The notes under the pieces were generated by a model. That model did not search any database and was not told the origin of the DNA. It saw only the letters and a program-made list of their open reading frames with translations. From positions 13,349-37,348 of the forward strand of contig NZ_JAFBFH010000030.1 in the NCBI RefSeq assembly GCF_016909185.1: DNA of 24,000 nt. The letters are read 5' to 3'. Source of the DNA: Siminovitchia thermophila. Lineage in GTDB: Bacteria; Bacillota; Bacilli; Bacillales; Bacillaceae_C. The position numbers were made by a program, and so were the translations under genes. Below are positions 8,489-17,590 of this stretch, piece after piece (positions within the stretch are counted from its first letter, which is position 1; every line of letters begins with the position of its first letter).

Positions 8489-8696
8489 AGAATCAACAGA
8501 TACCACCTTTTTGTTTTACGTTAGCAAAAATCATAACGCTAAGAGCGTGCTTGACGAAAATGAAAGACCCAAGTATATACAACCGCGCTTGCCGGCAGTG
8601 ACAAACGGAAGGAATGAACAGAAGTCTGTCTCCCTACATCATGATGAACTTTGGGGAAATTTCAACTCTTTTGTACAACCGTTGCTTCACCAAACC
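8489..8696. repeat. short copy (B) of the same repeated element as 6018-6444
   Basis: It shares the 5' module (8489-8600) and 3' module (8627-8696) with copy A but lacks about 220 bp of A's middle. Hairpin ACGCT-AAG-AGCGT lies at 8536-8548. The second stem GCTTG...CAAGT keeps pairing through G-U where A has CAAGC. Confidence 0.6.
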
Positions 8697-8720
8697 TAGA
8701 CAAAGAAGAATATGTATCAG

Positions 8721-8770
8721 TAAAAAATGGCTCCGATTTGTCAATTTAGAAGATCGGGGCCATCTTTTCT
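8721..8770. terminator. bidirectional rho-independent terminator
   Basis: An 11-bp stem ATGGCTCCGAT (8727-8737) pairs with ATCGGGGCCAT (8753-8763). It is flanked by an A-run upstream and CTTTTCT downstream, so it has a U-tract on both strands. It closes the + strand unit that starts at the 6710 promoter. Confidence 0.7.
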
Positions 8771-9005
8771 GACCGTGCCAAATGCCCATATGCGAGATTT
8801 TGCGGCCATAGTCCTATTTGTACATCATTTATCCTGATATTTGACCAAGAGAGAATCAAAATTTAAGAGATTTTGTTGAAAATTTCAATTTATATTTACA
8901 AAAATAGTAGAAAAGACTGATATATATTTGATATAATATGCTTAAATTTTGATTTACAAAAAATATATATAATACACTGAAAATAACAAGAAGGGACGAG
9001 ACAAG

Positions 9006-9179
9006 GTGGAGAGTTTACTTTTAGAGATTGAGAAAAAGCGAGAACAATTAATTGCAGTATCAAATCATGCAAACTTGACATCCCAACTTGTATTGCAATA
9101 CAGTACTGAGCTGGATCTTTTAATCCATCAGTATAATCTTATGACTGTCACGAAACTACAACAGCAGGCGGCTAATTAA
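9006..9179 (+). CDS. ynzD: Spo0E-family aspartyl-phosphate phosphatase (YnzD-like)
   Basis: This 57-aa ORF is below the track cutoff: MESLLLEIEKKREQLIAVSNHANLTSQLVLQYSTELDLLIHQYNLM.... It carries the Spo0E signature SxELDxLI. GTG start with GAAGGGA upstream. The position next to yneF matches B. subtilis ynzD. Confidence 0.7.
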   Translation: MESLLLEIEKKREQLIAVSNHANLTSQLVLQYSTELDLLIHQYNLMTVTKLQQQAAN

Positions 9180-9190
9180 CAAAAAACATA

Positions 9191-9215
9191 ACAGACGGGA
9201 ACGTCTGTTTTTTTA
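9191..9215 (+). terminator. ynzD terminator
   Basis: ACAGACG-ggaa-CGTCTGT followed by TTTTTTT, 12 nt after the stop. Confidence 0.8.
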
Positions 9216-9371
9216 ATTTGTTTAAAGAACGTCTGATTCATGTTGAATCCTGTCACCCCCTTTTTCCTTTATTCACCCCACGCTATCTAGTTTACATAAA
9301 ATAAATTATCGGCAGCCATGTTGCATATCGCGCAGATAGAAAATTATTATGAATATTACGTGTATTAACAC

Positions 9372-9421
9372 TAGAAAAAGCCACTTCTTCTGCTTGATAA
9401 TTGTAACAGAAAAAGTGGCTT
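9372..9421 (-). terminator. yneF terminator
   Basis: On the minus strand AAGCCACTT...AAGTGGCTT (9413-9421 / 9378-9386) with an inner TTCTG/CAGAA extension, followed by TTTTTC. Confidence 0.6.
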
Positions 9422-9497
9422 GAGAAAGCTTAAACATCAAGCTATTTTTTGCAATGTAACAAATGAGTAAATCGGATATACATTGGTAAATCAACGT

Positions 9498-9719
9498 TTA
9501 CTTATTATCCATCTGTTTTTTCATCATGGACATCATTTGATTCACTTTTTTCTGGGAAGGTTTCATTCCCATTTGCATCATCATCATTTTAAGCATTTGT
9601 TCATTGATTGGCGGATTTTTCTTTAAATAGTCCATCATATATTTACGGGCAATGAAAAACCCTAAAGCAACACCAGCCAAAAGAGCCAGTACGCCCGTTA
9701 ATACAAATTGCCACCACAT
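9498..9719 (-). CDS. yneF: UPF0154 membrane protein YneF
   Basis: The 73-aa protein has the near-invariant family sequence [57 protein letters not shown]. Confidence 0.9.
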   Translation of the reverse strand: MWWQFVLTGVLALLAGVALGFFIARKYMMDYLKKNPPINEQMLKMMMMQMGMKPSQKKVNQMMSMMKKQMDNK

Positions 9720-9797
9720 TAAGTAATTCCTCCTTCAAGTTGTCTACCATCCAGTTTACTGAACCCCCAAATATTATACAATACTTGATCATGCATT

Positions 9798-10235
9798 TCA
9801 TATGTATTTTCTTTCTTTTACAGGTTTCACCCAACCATAGCGTTCATTTTCTCTATCAACGGCAAAAAAATGGCCTTCATATTTTCGAAGTACTTCAAAA
9901 AAAACAGACTCTGACTCAAATCCGCCCCAAGCCTTCAAACATAGCAAGTTTTCTTCAATGGCCAGTTCTGCTCCATTTCTCCCTTTGGGATTTCCTGTAC
10001 AGTATACTTTTCCCTTAATCATTATTTTTCTGTTTTGTATAGACTCTGATAATAACTTATGCAGTTCTAAAAAAGGTAAGGGCCGGGTTATATAGTCGAT
10101 TTGCTGCTTAATAATCTTCCTCTGTTTGTCTATGTTCGCATCTTGTGCGGTAAATAATTTATAAAATTTACTTTCACGGCCATAAAAGTAATCTGCAAAC
10201 TCATCTTTTATTAAATAAATTGAGTATTTTCTCAC
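9798..10235 (-). CDS. sirA: sporulation inhibitor of replication SirA (YneE)
   Basis: It aligns with B. subtilis SirA (YLIKxEFAxxxFGRES at the N terminus, FFEVLRK...RYGWxxPVKER at the C terminus). I prefer the GTG at 10235 (MRKYSIYLIK...) with GGGAGTGA 8 nt upstream. The track start at 10247 abuts the SD. Confidence 0.85.
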   Translation of the reverse strand: MRKYSIYLIKDEFADYFYGRESKFYKLFTAQDANIDKQRKIIKQQIDYITRPLPFLELHKLLSESIQNRKIMIKGKVYCTGNPKGRNGAELAIEENLLCLKAWGGFESESVFFEVLRKYEGHFFAVDRENERYGWVKPVKERKYI

Positions 10236-10264
10236 TTGCTTCGTCACTCCCGCCGTTTTTCATT

Positions 10265-10297
10265 ATTATAATGGAGACGCTATAAGAAGTTTGTCAA
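10265..10297 (-). promoter_or_regulatory. candidate Spo0A-dependent sirA promoter (-35-like and -10 hexamers 21 nt apart)
   Basis: On the minus strand: TTGACA (complement of 10292-10297), a 21-nt spacer, then TATAAT (complement of 10265-10270). The + strand TGTCAAT here resembles a 0A box. An exact TGTCGAA 0A box lies at 10501-10507. Confidence 0.4.
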
Positions 10298-10525
10298 TTC
10301 CTCTGTACTCTTTCACAAATCATTTTTTAACATATATTCTAGATGACCTAATGATTTCCCTTTTTTTAACAAAAGATCATTTTTTTCAAAAACAAACGAA
10401 TGTTTCCAAGAAAAAGATGACATTCTCGAAACGTTTTTGTGAATGTTGCTTAAGAGAAGAAGATAGAATTCCGATTCGCGGCGATTACATAGCATGAGCA
10501 TGTCGAAAAAGGGAGAGCTGTAACG

Positions 10526-10555
10526 GCAAAAAGCCCCAGCCAAACGGCTGGAGCC
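10526..10555 (-). terminator. tkt terminator
   Basis: On the minus strand GGCTCCAGCC-gttt-GGCTGGGGCT followed by TTTTTG, about 40 nt after the tkt stop. Confidence 0.75.
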
Positions 10556-10593
10556 AGACACAAAAAAGAATTTCCTAGCAGGAACATTTCCTT

Positions 10594-12612
10594 TTATTTT
10601 TGAAGCAAAGCTTTTACCTTTTGAACGACGTTATTGACTGTGAAGCCATATTCTTCGATCACCTTTTCACCAGGAGCTGAGGCACCAAAACGATCGATTG
10701 CCAAGATATCCCCTTCATCCCCTGTATATTTATGCCAGCCAAGTGATGAACCCATCTCGATGGCCAAGCGTTTTTTAACAGTTTTCGGGAGCACAGTTTC
10801 TTTGTATTCATCTGATTGCTGTTCAAAGCGATCCCATGACGGCATGCTGACAACGGAAGCATGAATGTCTTCTTTTTGAAGGGCTTTTTGTGCAGCGATT
10901 GCCAAGTTTACTTCAGATCCTGTAGCAATCAACAGGACATCTGCCTGCTCTTTATGAGCAGGTGAAATAATATAGGCGCCTTTTTCAACACCGTCTTTGG
11001 CTCTTTCTGCCGTAAACGGCAATGTCGGCAGGTTTTGCCGCGTTAAAACGAGCGCAGTCGGCTTATTTTCAGATTCTATCGATAAGCGCCATGCCGCCGC
11101 TGTTTCATTGGCATCAGCAGGCCTGATCACAGACAAGCCAGGCATTGCGCGCAACGAAGCAAGTTGCTCGATAGGTTCATGTGTAGGGCCGTCTTCCCCA
11201 ACAGCGATGCTGTCATGTGTAAATACATAAGTCACTGGGATTTCCATTAAGGATGCAAGCCGGATGGCGGGACGAAGATAGTCCGAGAATACAAAGAACG
11301 TACCACCAAAAACTTTCAACCCGCCATGAAGAGCCATCCCATTTAAGGCCGTGCCCATACCAAATTCGCGTACCCCAAACCAGATGTTCCTGCCTTCGTA
11401 AGAAACTGGGGAAAAATCTTTTTCTTCTTTGATCATTGTTTTGTTAGAGCTAGCCAGATCCGCAGCCCCGCCAATGAGATAAGGAAGATTTTTGGCAATG
11501 CTGTTCATCACTTCACTGCCTGATGCCCTTGTTGCCAGACTGGATCCTTCTACATATGTCGGGATATCTTTATCCCACGCTTCAGGAAGTTTTCCTTCAA
11601 TGGCGCCTTCCAATTGCCTGGCAAGTTCAGGGAAAGCGGCTTTATAGCTTTCAAAGAGCGTTCGCCACTCTGCCTCTTTTCGAGTTCCGCGTTTGATCGC
11701 TGTTTCTTCAAAATGTTCATATACTTCTTTAGGAACATAAAAATCTTCTTCATATGTCCATTTGTAATAGTCTTTTGTAAGCTTCATTTCCGCTTCACCG
11801 AGCGGGGCCCCGTGGGCATCTGATTTACCGGACTTATTTGGGGCTCCGTAGCCGATAATGGTCTTTACTTCAATCAAAGTCGGGCGAGTATGATCGGCTT
11901 TGGCTAGTTCAATGGCTTCGGAAATCTGCTCAAGGTCATTTCCGTTTTCAACACGGATATATTGCCAATCGCATGCTTCAAACCTGGCACCTACATTTTC
12001 CGAAAATGATTTGTCCAGATCCCCATCAAGGGTGATATCGTTGGAATCATACAATACAATCAACTTTCCAAGCTTGAGATGACCTGCCAGTGAAACGGCT
12101 TCGGAAGCCACCCCTTCCATTAAATCCCCGTCACCGCAGAGTGTATATGTATAGTGGTCGACAATATTGTAATCTTTTTTATTGTAAACAGCCGCCAAAT
12201 GGCGTTCAGCCATGGCCATACCAACCGCCATTCCGATTCCTTGTCCCAGCGGCCCCGTTGTCGCCTCTACCCCAGGTGTATACCGATATTCCGGATGTCC
12301 AGGCGTTTTGCTTCCCCATTGTCTAAAATGTTTAATGTCTTCCATTTTAAGGTCGTAACCTGACAAGTGAAGGAGACTGTATAAAAGCATTGAACCGTGA
12401 CCCGCTGATAAAATAAAACGGTCGCGGTTGAACCATTCGGGATTTTTTGGATTGTGGTTCATATATTTTGCCCATAATGTATAGGCCATGGGTGCTGCTC
12501 CCATCGGCAAGCCGGGATGACCTGAATTCGCCTTTTCAATTGCGTCGATTGACAGCGTTCTAATTGTATTGATGGCCAGCGCGTCAATCTCGGCCACATT
12601 GTTGTTATGCAT
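10594..12612 (-). CDS. tkt: transketolase
   Basis: 672 aa with a thiamine-diphosphate binding N terminus ([26 protein letters not shown]). The pyrimidine-binding and C-terminal domains are colinear with bacterial Tkt. Confidence 0.97.
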   Translation of the reverse strand: MHNNNVAEIDALAINTIRTLSIDAIEKANSGHPGLPMGAAPMAYTLWAKYMNHNPKNPEWFNRDRFILSAGHGSMLLYSLLHLSGYDLKMEDIKHFRQWGSKTPGHPEYRYTPGVEATTGPLGQGIGMAVGMAMAERHLAAVYNKKDYNIVDHYTYTLCGDGDLMEGVASEAVSLAGHLKLGKLIVLYDSNDITLDGDLDKSFSENVGARFEACDWQYIRVENGNDLEQISEAIELAKADHTRPTLIEVKTIIGYGAPNKSGKSDAHGAPLGEAEMKLTKDYYKWTYEEDFYVPKEVYEHFEETAIKRGTRKEAEWRTLFESYKAAFPELARQLEGAIEGKLPEAWDKDIPTYVEGSSLATRASGSEVMNSIAKNLPYLIGGAADLASSNKTMIKEEKDFSPVSYEGRNIWFGVREFGMGTALNGMALHGGLKVFGGTFFVFSDYLRPAIRLASLMEIPVTYVFTHDSIAVGEDGPTHEPIEQLASLRAMPGLSVIRPADANETAAAWRLSIESENKPTALVLTRQNLPTLPFTAERAKDGVEKGAYIISPAHKEQADVLLIATGSEVNLAIAAQKALQKEDIHASVVSMPSWDRFEQQSDEYKETVLPKTVKKRLAIEMGSSLGWHKYTGDEGDILAIDRFGASAPGEKVIEEYGFTVNNVVQKVKALLQK

Positions 12613-12688
12613 CTAAATATCTCTTCCTTTCCCATTTTGTTCTATAACATATCATAAAGATATTTTTGCATTTTCACAACTTTTGAGT

Positions 12689-12718
12689 ATAAAAAAACAT
12701 CGAAGCGGGTCGATGTTT
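12689..12718 (-). terminator. ynzC (SOS operon) terminator
   Basis: On the minus strand AAACATCGA-cccgct-TCGATGTTT followed by TTTTTTA, 12 nt after the stop. Confidence 0.8.
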
Positions 12719-12729
12719 GTAAAGAAATT

Positions 12730-12963
12730 TTAATGAAGTTTTTTCTTTAGCTGGATAGAGCGAAGTTTTTCAGGCGTTACTTCTTGTCCCGTAGAATCAA
12801 ACACCCTTACTTGTTCAATTGTCTGTTTCATGGAAGAGCGAAACGCTTTTAAATATTCGCCGCGAAGTCTCGACTGCTCCTTTGCTTCTTCCTTGGACAG
12901 GCCTTTTTCTTTCGCTTTTCGGGCTAGCGCATTAATCCTGGCGAGCTTTTCTTTTGAAAGCAT
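12730..12963 (-). CDS. ynzC: UPF0291 / DUF896 protein YnzC
   Basis: 77 aa counted from the ATG at 12963 (MLSKEKLARINALARKAK...EYLKAFRSSMK...VTPEKL). GGAG lies 7 nt upstream. The track TTG at 12969 is only 1 nt from the SD. Length and position match B. subtilis YnzC. Confidence 0.88.
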   Translation of the reverse strand: MLSKEKLARINALARKAKEKGLSKEEAKEQSRLRGEYLKAFRSSMKQTIEQVRVFDSTGQEVTPEKLRSIQLKKKLH

Positions 12964-13116
12964 ACTCAAACTCCTTTTTTACGTTAAGTTAGCTCCAGTT
13001 TACTAAAATCGATGGGTGAAAACAATCTATACGCCCCTGACTGATAGATGAAAACGCACTATCTACATGAAGCTAGAGTTCGCAATGTCAGAGATGGACA
13101 ACAGTGGACAACACTG

Positions 13117-13981
<865 letters not shown>

Positions 13982-13995
13982 TCATATTCCCTCCC

Positions 13996-14009
13996 CGAAA
14001 GTTTGTTCG
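13996..14009. promoter_or_regulatory. LexA (Cheo) box 1
   Basis: CGAAAGTTTGTTCG has one mismatch to CGAAC-N4-GTTCG. It lies between the yneA-like -10 hexamer and its SD. Confidence 0.75.
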
Positions 14010-14021
14010 CATCCAAAAAAC

Positions 14022-14050
14022 ATTATAATAGGAACACCTGTTTGTGTCAA
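14022..14050 (-). promoter_or_regulatory. consensus sigma-A promoter of the yneA-like/yneB/ynzC operon
   Basis: On the minus strand: TTGACA (complement of 14045-14050), a 17-nt spacer, then TATAAT (complement of 14022-14027). The spacer contains LexA box 2. Confidence 0.8.
14031..14044. promoter_or_regulatory. LexA (Cheo) box 2
   Basis: GGAACACCTGTTTG matches GAAC-N4-GTTT (two mismatches to the 14-mer consensus). Confidence 0.6.
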
Positions 14051-14058
14051 TAAAATTA

Positions 14059-14072
14059 CGAACCCATGTTTG
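14059..14072. promoter_or_regulatory. LexA (Cheo) box 3
   Basis: CGAACCCATGTTTG has one mismatch and overlaps the lexA -35 hexamer. Confidence 0.75.
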
Positions 14073-14098
14073 CTTAATGAAAAACCGCATGCTATAAT
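14070..14098 (+). promoter_or_regulatory. lexA promoter
   Basis: TTGCTT (14070-14075), a 17-nt spacer, then TATAAT (14093-14098). Confidence 0.7.
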
Positions 14099-14134
14099 AA
14101 GGTCAATTCATCACGGGAAAAAGGGTGTGAAAAG

Positions 14135-14755
14135 GTGTCAAAACTTACAAAAAGGCAAGAAGACATATTAAACTTTATAAAAGATGAAGTGAAAAAAAAG
14201 GGCTATCCTCCGTCTGTTCGCGAGATTGGGAAAGCGGTTGGCCTCGCATCAAGCTCCACTGTACACGGGCATCTCGCCAGGCTGGAAAGCAAAGGCCTTA
14301 TCAGGCGCGATCCGACAAAACCGAGAGCCATTGAAGTTTTAAACCAGAACGAGGAAACAATCGTTCAAAAAACGGTCAATGTTCCGCTTGTCGGTAAAGT
14401 CACTGCCGGGCTGCCGATTTCAGCAGTTGAGAATATTGAAGATTACTATCCGCTTCCGGAATCACTTGTTCCGGCAGACGAGCAAGTATTCATGCTGGAA
14501 ATCGTAGGTGAAAGTATGATAGAAGCCGGGATTCATGATGGTGATTTTGTCATCGTGCGCCAACAAAAAACGGCCAACAACGGAGATATTGTCGTCGCAA
14601 TGACCGAAGAAGACGAAGCGACAGTCAAAAGGTTTTATAAAGAAAACGGCTATTTCAGACTTCAACCGGAAAACGCGAGTATGGAGCCCATTATCGTATC
14701 CAATGTCGTCATTTTGGGAAAAGTGATCGCCTTATACAGGCGCTTTGTCCATTGA
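14135..14755 (+). CDS. lexA: SOS repressor LexA
   Basis: 206 aa with a near-identical N-terminal wHTH ([46 protein letters not shown]). It also has an AG cleavage site and an S24 peptidase domain (GESM...VKR). GTG start. Confidence 0.97.
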   Translation: MSKLTKRQEDILNFIKDEVKKKGYPPSVREIGKAVGLASSSTVHGHLARLESKGLIRRDPTKPRAIEVLNQNEETIVQKTVNVPLVGKVTAGLPISAVENIEDYYPLPESLVPADEQVFMLEIVGESMIEAGIHDGDFVIVRQQKTANNGDIVVAMTEEDEATVKRFYKENGYFRLQPENASMEPIIVSNVVILGKVIALYRRFVH

Positions 14756-14789
14756 TCAAGCCTCCTTCGCTATCCATACACGACGCACG

Positions 14790-14831
14790 AGCGGCCCAAT
14801 CCCCCGTATCGCATTGAGCCGCTTATTTTTT
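14790..14831 (+). terminator. lexA terminator
   Basis: AGCGGC-C-CAAT...ATTG-A-GCCGCT interrupted stem followed by TATTTTTT. Confidence 0.55.
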
Positions 14832-14833
14832 GC

Positions 14834-15937
14834 TCACTTATTTGTGCCCGCTTCCTTTGCTTCACCCCAATAATATTCGCTAAACACTTCCGCCAATACA
14901 TCGACTGTACGATAGAGTTCCTCCAACGTATTATCCACCCCGCCAATCTCGATCAAGAGCGCATTTTCGGTTAAATCTTGGTTGTATACTCCATTCCCGT
15001 CTGCCTTCGTTTTTCCAAAAACCCCTCTTGACAGCCCGGGATATTTTTCTTGAATAGAATGATGCAATCGTGTTGCGAATTCCAGGTTTTTCTGATAGTT
15101 CGGATGTTCCTGTCCGATCACAAAATACGGCTTGGCATACGTTTTTCCGTTAATTGTCGCAGTCGTAACCCCTTTTCTCTGCGAATCTCGATGAATATCA
15201 AAATAAAAGCGGACTTCCTCTTTTTGTTTCATCGTTTCCACGGCAATCTCACGTGAAAGCTCATATGATTGAAAGAATTTCATATTTCTTTTTTTCAAAA
15301 GCGCCTGAATATCGACCTCATTCACCAACGTACTAATTCCCTTTTCTCCCAGTTTTTCTCCCAATCTTTTTCCTAGCAGTGTCACATTTTTCTCTTTGTG
15401 CCACGCGCGGTTTGGATCCGTTACATTTGGAAGAAGAGGAAGAAATGACTCCGTATTATGTGAAGAATAGATAAAAACAACGGGCTTATCTATTGTTGTC
15501 TGTTCTTTTGTCGGCGGAGATTCCTCCGCAGAATCATCACTCTCTTCCCAAACATCCAAATCATCCGGAGGCGGGGATTCAATCGGAAGATTCGTAAAAT
15601 CAGTCCCTTTTCCAGCCACAATAATTTTTGGGGTCGCTGCATGCAGTCCCGGAATCTCACTAATTAAAAATGTCTTCATGTTCCGCAGATTGATGTTCGT
15701 AAATAATTCGAGAATATCTCTGCCCAAAGTCTGTTCAAAACCTTCGGGAATAACGGATTGTAAAGCGTGGTTTTCCAACGACATGACATATAGGAAAGTT
15801 TCTGTTCTTGACGGATCATCACCTATGAAGGACAATAAGCTGATTTTTACACTTGAAAAGGCAATTGCCGAAATTAGGCAAAAAAGTGCGACAACCGTTG
15901 CAAAAGATTTTGCTGCGAATTTGAACATCGGGTTCAT
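14834..15937 (-). CDS. spoIIP: stage II sporulation protein P (SpoIIP-family amidase/peptidase)
   Basis: 367 aa with an N-terminal signal-anchor. The C-terminal SpoIIP domain shows IYSSHNTESFLP, FDIHRD, and NQDLTENALLIEIGGVDNTLEE. The true start may be the ATG at 15928, which has AAAGGA 8 nt upstream. Confidence 0.85.
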   Translation of the reverse strand: MNPMFKFAAKSFATVVALFCLISAIAFSSVKISLLSFIGDDPSRTETFLYVMSLENHALQSVIPEGFEQTLGRDILELFTNINLRNMKTFLISEIPGLHAATPKIIVAGKGTDFTNLPIESPPPDDLDVWEESDDSAEESPPTKEQTTIDKPVVFIYSSHNTESFLPLLPNVTDPNRAWHKEKNVTLLGKRLGEKLGEKGISTLVNEVDIQALLKKRNMKFFQSYELSREIAVETMKQKEEVRFYFDIHRDSQRKGVTTATINGKTYAKPYFVIGQEHPNYQKNLEFATRLHHSIQEKYPGLSRGVFGKTKADGNGVYNQDLTENALLIEIGGVDNTLEELYRTVDVLAEVFSEYYWGEAKEAGTNK

Positions 15938-16022
15938 CCTTTAAGAAAGATTTTGTAATACCATTTATATGAGCGTTGATAGAGTCTATGATTAAAAAGT
16001 TGTTCATACCTATAAACTTCGG

Positions 16023-16047
16023 AAAATAAAAAAAGCCCCATAGGGGC
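16023..16047 (-). terminator. rho-independent terminator upstream of spoIIP
   Basis: On the minus strand GCCCC-tat-GGGGC followed by TTTTTTTATTTT. It ends the transcript coming from the 16292-16558 gene. Confidence 0.7.
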
Positions 16048-16291
16048 CCACGGGGTTTAAAAAACAATCTATTCTTTATACATTAGGAATTTTTTAGTAG
16101 ATCAAACTGTTCGCTCGTGTCCAAACAATTAATAGATTTACCACTTTTACGAACATCCCATTACATGTTAAGTACCTGTAAACGGCTTTCATTTATGGAA
16201 AATTTTGAAATATAATGTAATGATGAAAGACTTGATACAAGGGTTGCGGGGCGATTGCAAAGTTCATAGTCAAGAAGGGGACGGGCAACAT

Positions 16292-16558
16292 TTAGTCTGT
16301 CTCGTTCATCATGGATGTTTCGTTATTGTCGGGCGATTGCTTTTTATTTTTCTTTTCGCTAAAAGGTTCTTCGACAGTTGCTTCTCCAATGGTTGGCTCT
16401 TGCAAGCTTGCCAACTCCGGATCAATTGCTTGTTTTGTATTAGCTTTTATATGTAAAGACCCATTATCGTCAACGGATTGCACATCTTCGCACTCACTTG
16501 AAGAAGCAGTAAACATGAATCCGGAAAGCAACATCAATATAAAAGGTTTTTTAAGCAT
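16292..16558 (-). CDS. small secreted acidic protein (hypothetical)
   Basis: 88 aa with GGAGGT SD 7 nt upstream. The signal peptide MLKKPFILMLLSGFMFTASSSEC is a non-canonical lipobox. The mature part is rich in D/E/K/N/S. No family was recognised. Confidence 0.55.
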   Translation of the reverse strand: MLKKPFILMLLSGFMFTASSSECEDVQSVDDNGSLHIKANTKQAIDPELASLQEPTIGEATVEEPFSEKKNKKQSPDNNETSMMNETD

Positions 16559-16833
16559 CTTATTACCTCCATCCTTATTCCGTCTATAGGAATCTTATCA
16601 TTTTTGGGCAAGTATTTTTTTCGTTTCGGTATTTTTTAATCTAATCTAAAACAATGTCAACTGCGTTTAAAAAATGACATGCGCAGGTTACTAAAACCCT
16701 ATCATAGTAAAGCTTCACAAACTTTTAATTGTTCAAACAGCTTGTGTGTTTAGCTAGTGGTTTATATGACCGTAGTGGCAATGATTCTATTTTAAGCTCC
16801 CAAAGCCGGCACGCTCGTGAAAAAAATTTTTAT

Positions 16834-16865
16834 GCAAAACAAAAACCCCTCCTGTATAGGAAAGG
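16834..16865 (-). terminator. orphan rho-independent terminator
   Basis: On the minus strand CCTTTCCT-atac-AGGAGGGG (two G-U pairs) followed by TTTTTGTTTTG. No annotated gene lies upstream of it. Confidence 0.5.
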
Positions 16866-16972
16866 CAGTATGCTTGACAATATATCTGTTATGGTAGAGG
16901 TGAAATAATAAATCGTCGCTGGCTGCATCGATCATAAAGTGCGCACTATCTTCAATATTGTACCTTTGTATG

Positions 16973-17001
16973 AAAAAATAAAAACACCCCGTAGGAGATG
17001 T
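16973..17001 (-). terminator. rho-independent terminator after the 19-codon micro-ORF
   Basis: On the minus strand ACATCTCC-tac-GGGGTGT followed by TTTTTATTTTTT, about 45 nt after the micro-ORF stop. Confidence 0.6.
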
Positions 17002-17044
17002 TAAGACTTACGATAGAAATATTTTTTATGTTCCTAAGATGTAC

Positions 17045-17104
17045 CTACAAAAAATAGAAATGGGTCATGAGAAGCGTGAATATAACTCCTGCTTTAACAG
17101 CCAT
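17045..17104 (-). CDS. candidate 19-aa hydrophobic micro-protein (MAVKAGVIFTLLMTHFYFL)
   Basis: ATG preceded by GGAAGGTGA at 4-nt spacing and followed by a terminator. It is too short for any statistical support. Confidence 0.25.
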   Translation of the reverse strand: MAVKAGVIFTLLMTHFYFL

Positions 17105-17553
17105 TCCGTCACCTTCCTAAAAGGTAGTCTTTTTTTGGGAAATTCATCAAGAAAAGTATGGCGACAATCCGTTTCAGGTTGCCGGTTTCCTTTTGAATTT
17201 CAACATCTTTTCACCTCTTTAACTGCAATTTATCACACCCATGTTAATACTGTTTGTAGTATATGTAAAGTTTTCATTTACAAAACAAAAAATGACAGTG
17301 CGTAAAGATTCACTTATTTTCCATTTATTAGACATCTGTAAAAATGGCTTTTAGTCATTCAGACAATACAACAAATATTCATTCTTATTGGAAGCTTGAA
17401 CGGACATGATATACATCCAGTCATCATTAGCCAGTTCTGCAACATTGGCACGCCAGGAAAAAATGGACCATCAAGACAATAAAATGTTGCAAAAACCGGA
17501 CTGTTATCGGTTTAAGGAAAAATAAATGTACAAAAACCGAAATGTCCCAGTCA

Positions 17554-17590
17554 GTAAAAAAACCGAAGGAGCCTAACAGCCCCAACGGTT
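17554..17590 (-). terminator. glnA terminator
   Basis: On the minus strand AACCG...CGGTT with an inner imperfect GGGGC/GCTCC stem, followed by TTTTTTT directly after the stop. A second AAACCG-n9-CGGTTTTTG hairpin follows at 17489-17513. Confidence 0.7.

Noticed and set aside
9306-9494. A 62-aa minus-strand ORF between ynzD and yneF.
   Set aside because: It has no SD, gives an AT-rich low-complexity product, and reads straight through the yneF terminator hairpin.
10291-10561. 68-aa (+) and 82-aa (-) ORFs between sirA and tkt.
   Set aside because: They overlap each other, the tkt terminator and the sirA promoter. Neither has an SD or a recognisable domain.
17039-17305. An 88-aa + strand ORF in the glnA-distal non-coding region.
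   Set aside because: It has no SD and an odd composition. It is antisense to the two SD-preceded micro-ORFs, and no terminator follows it.
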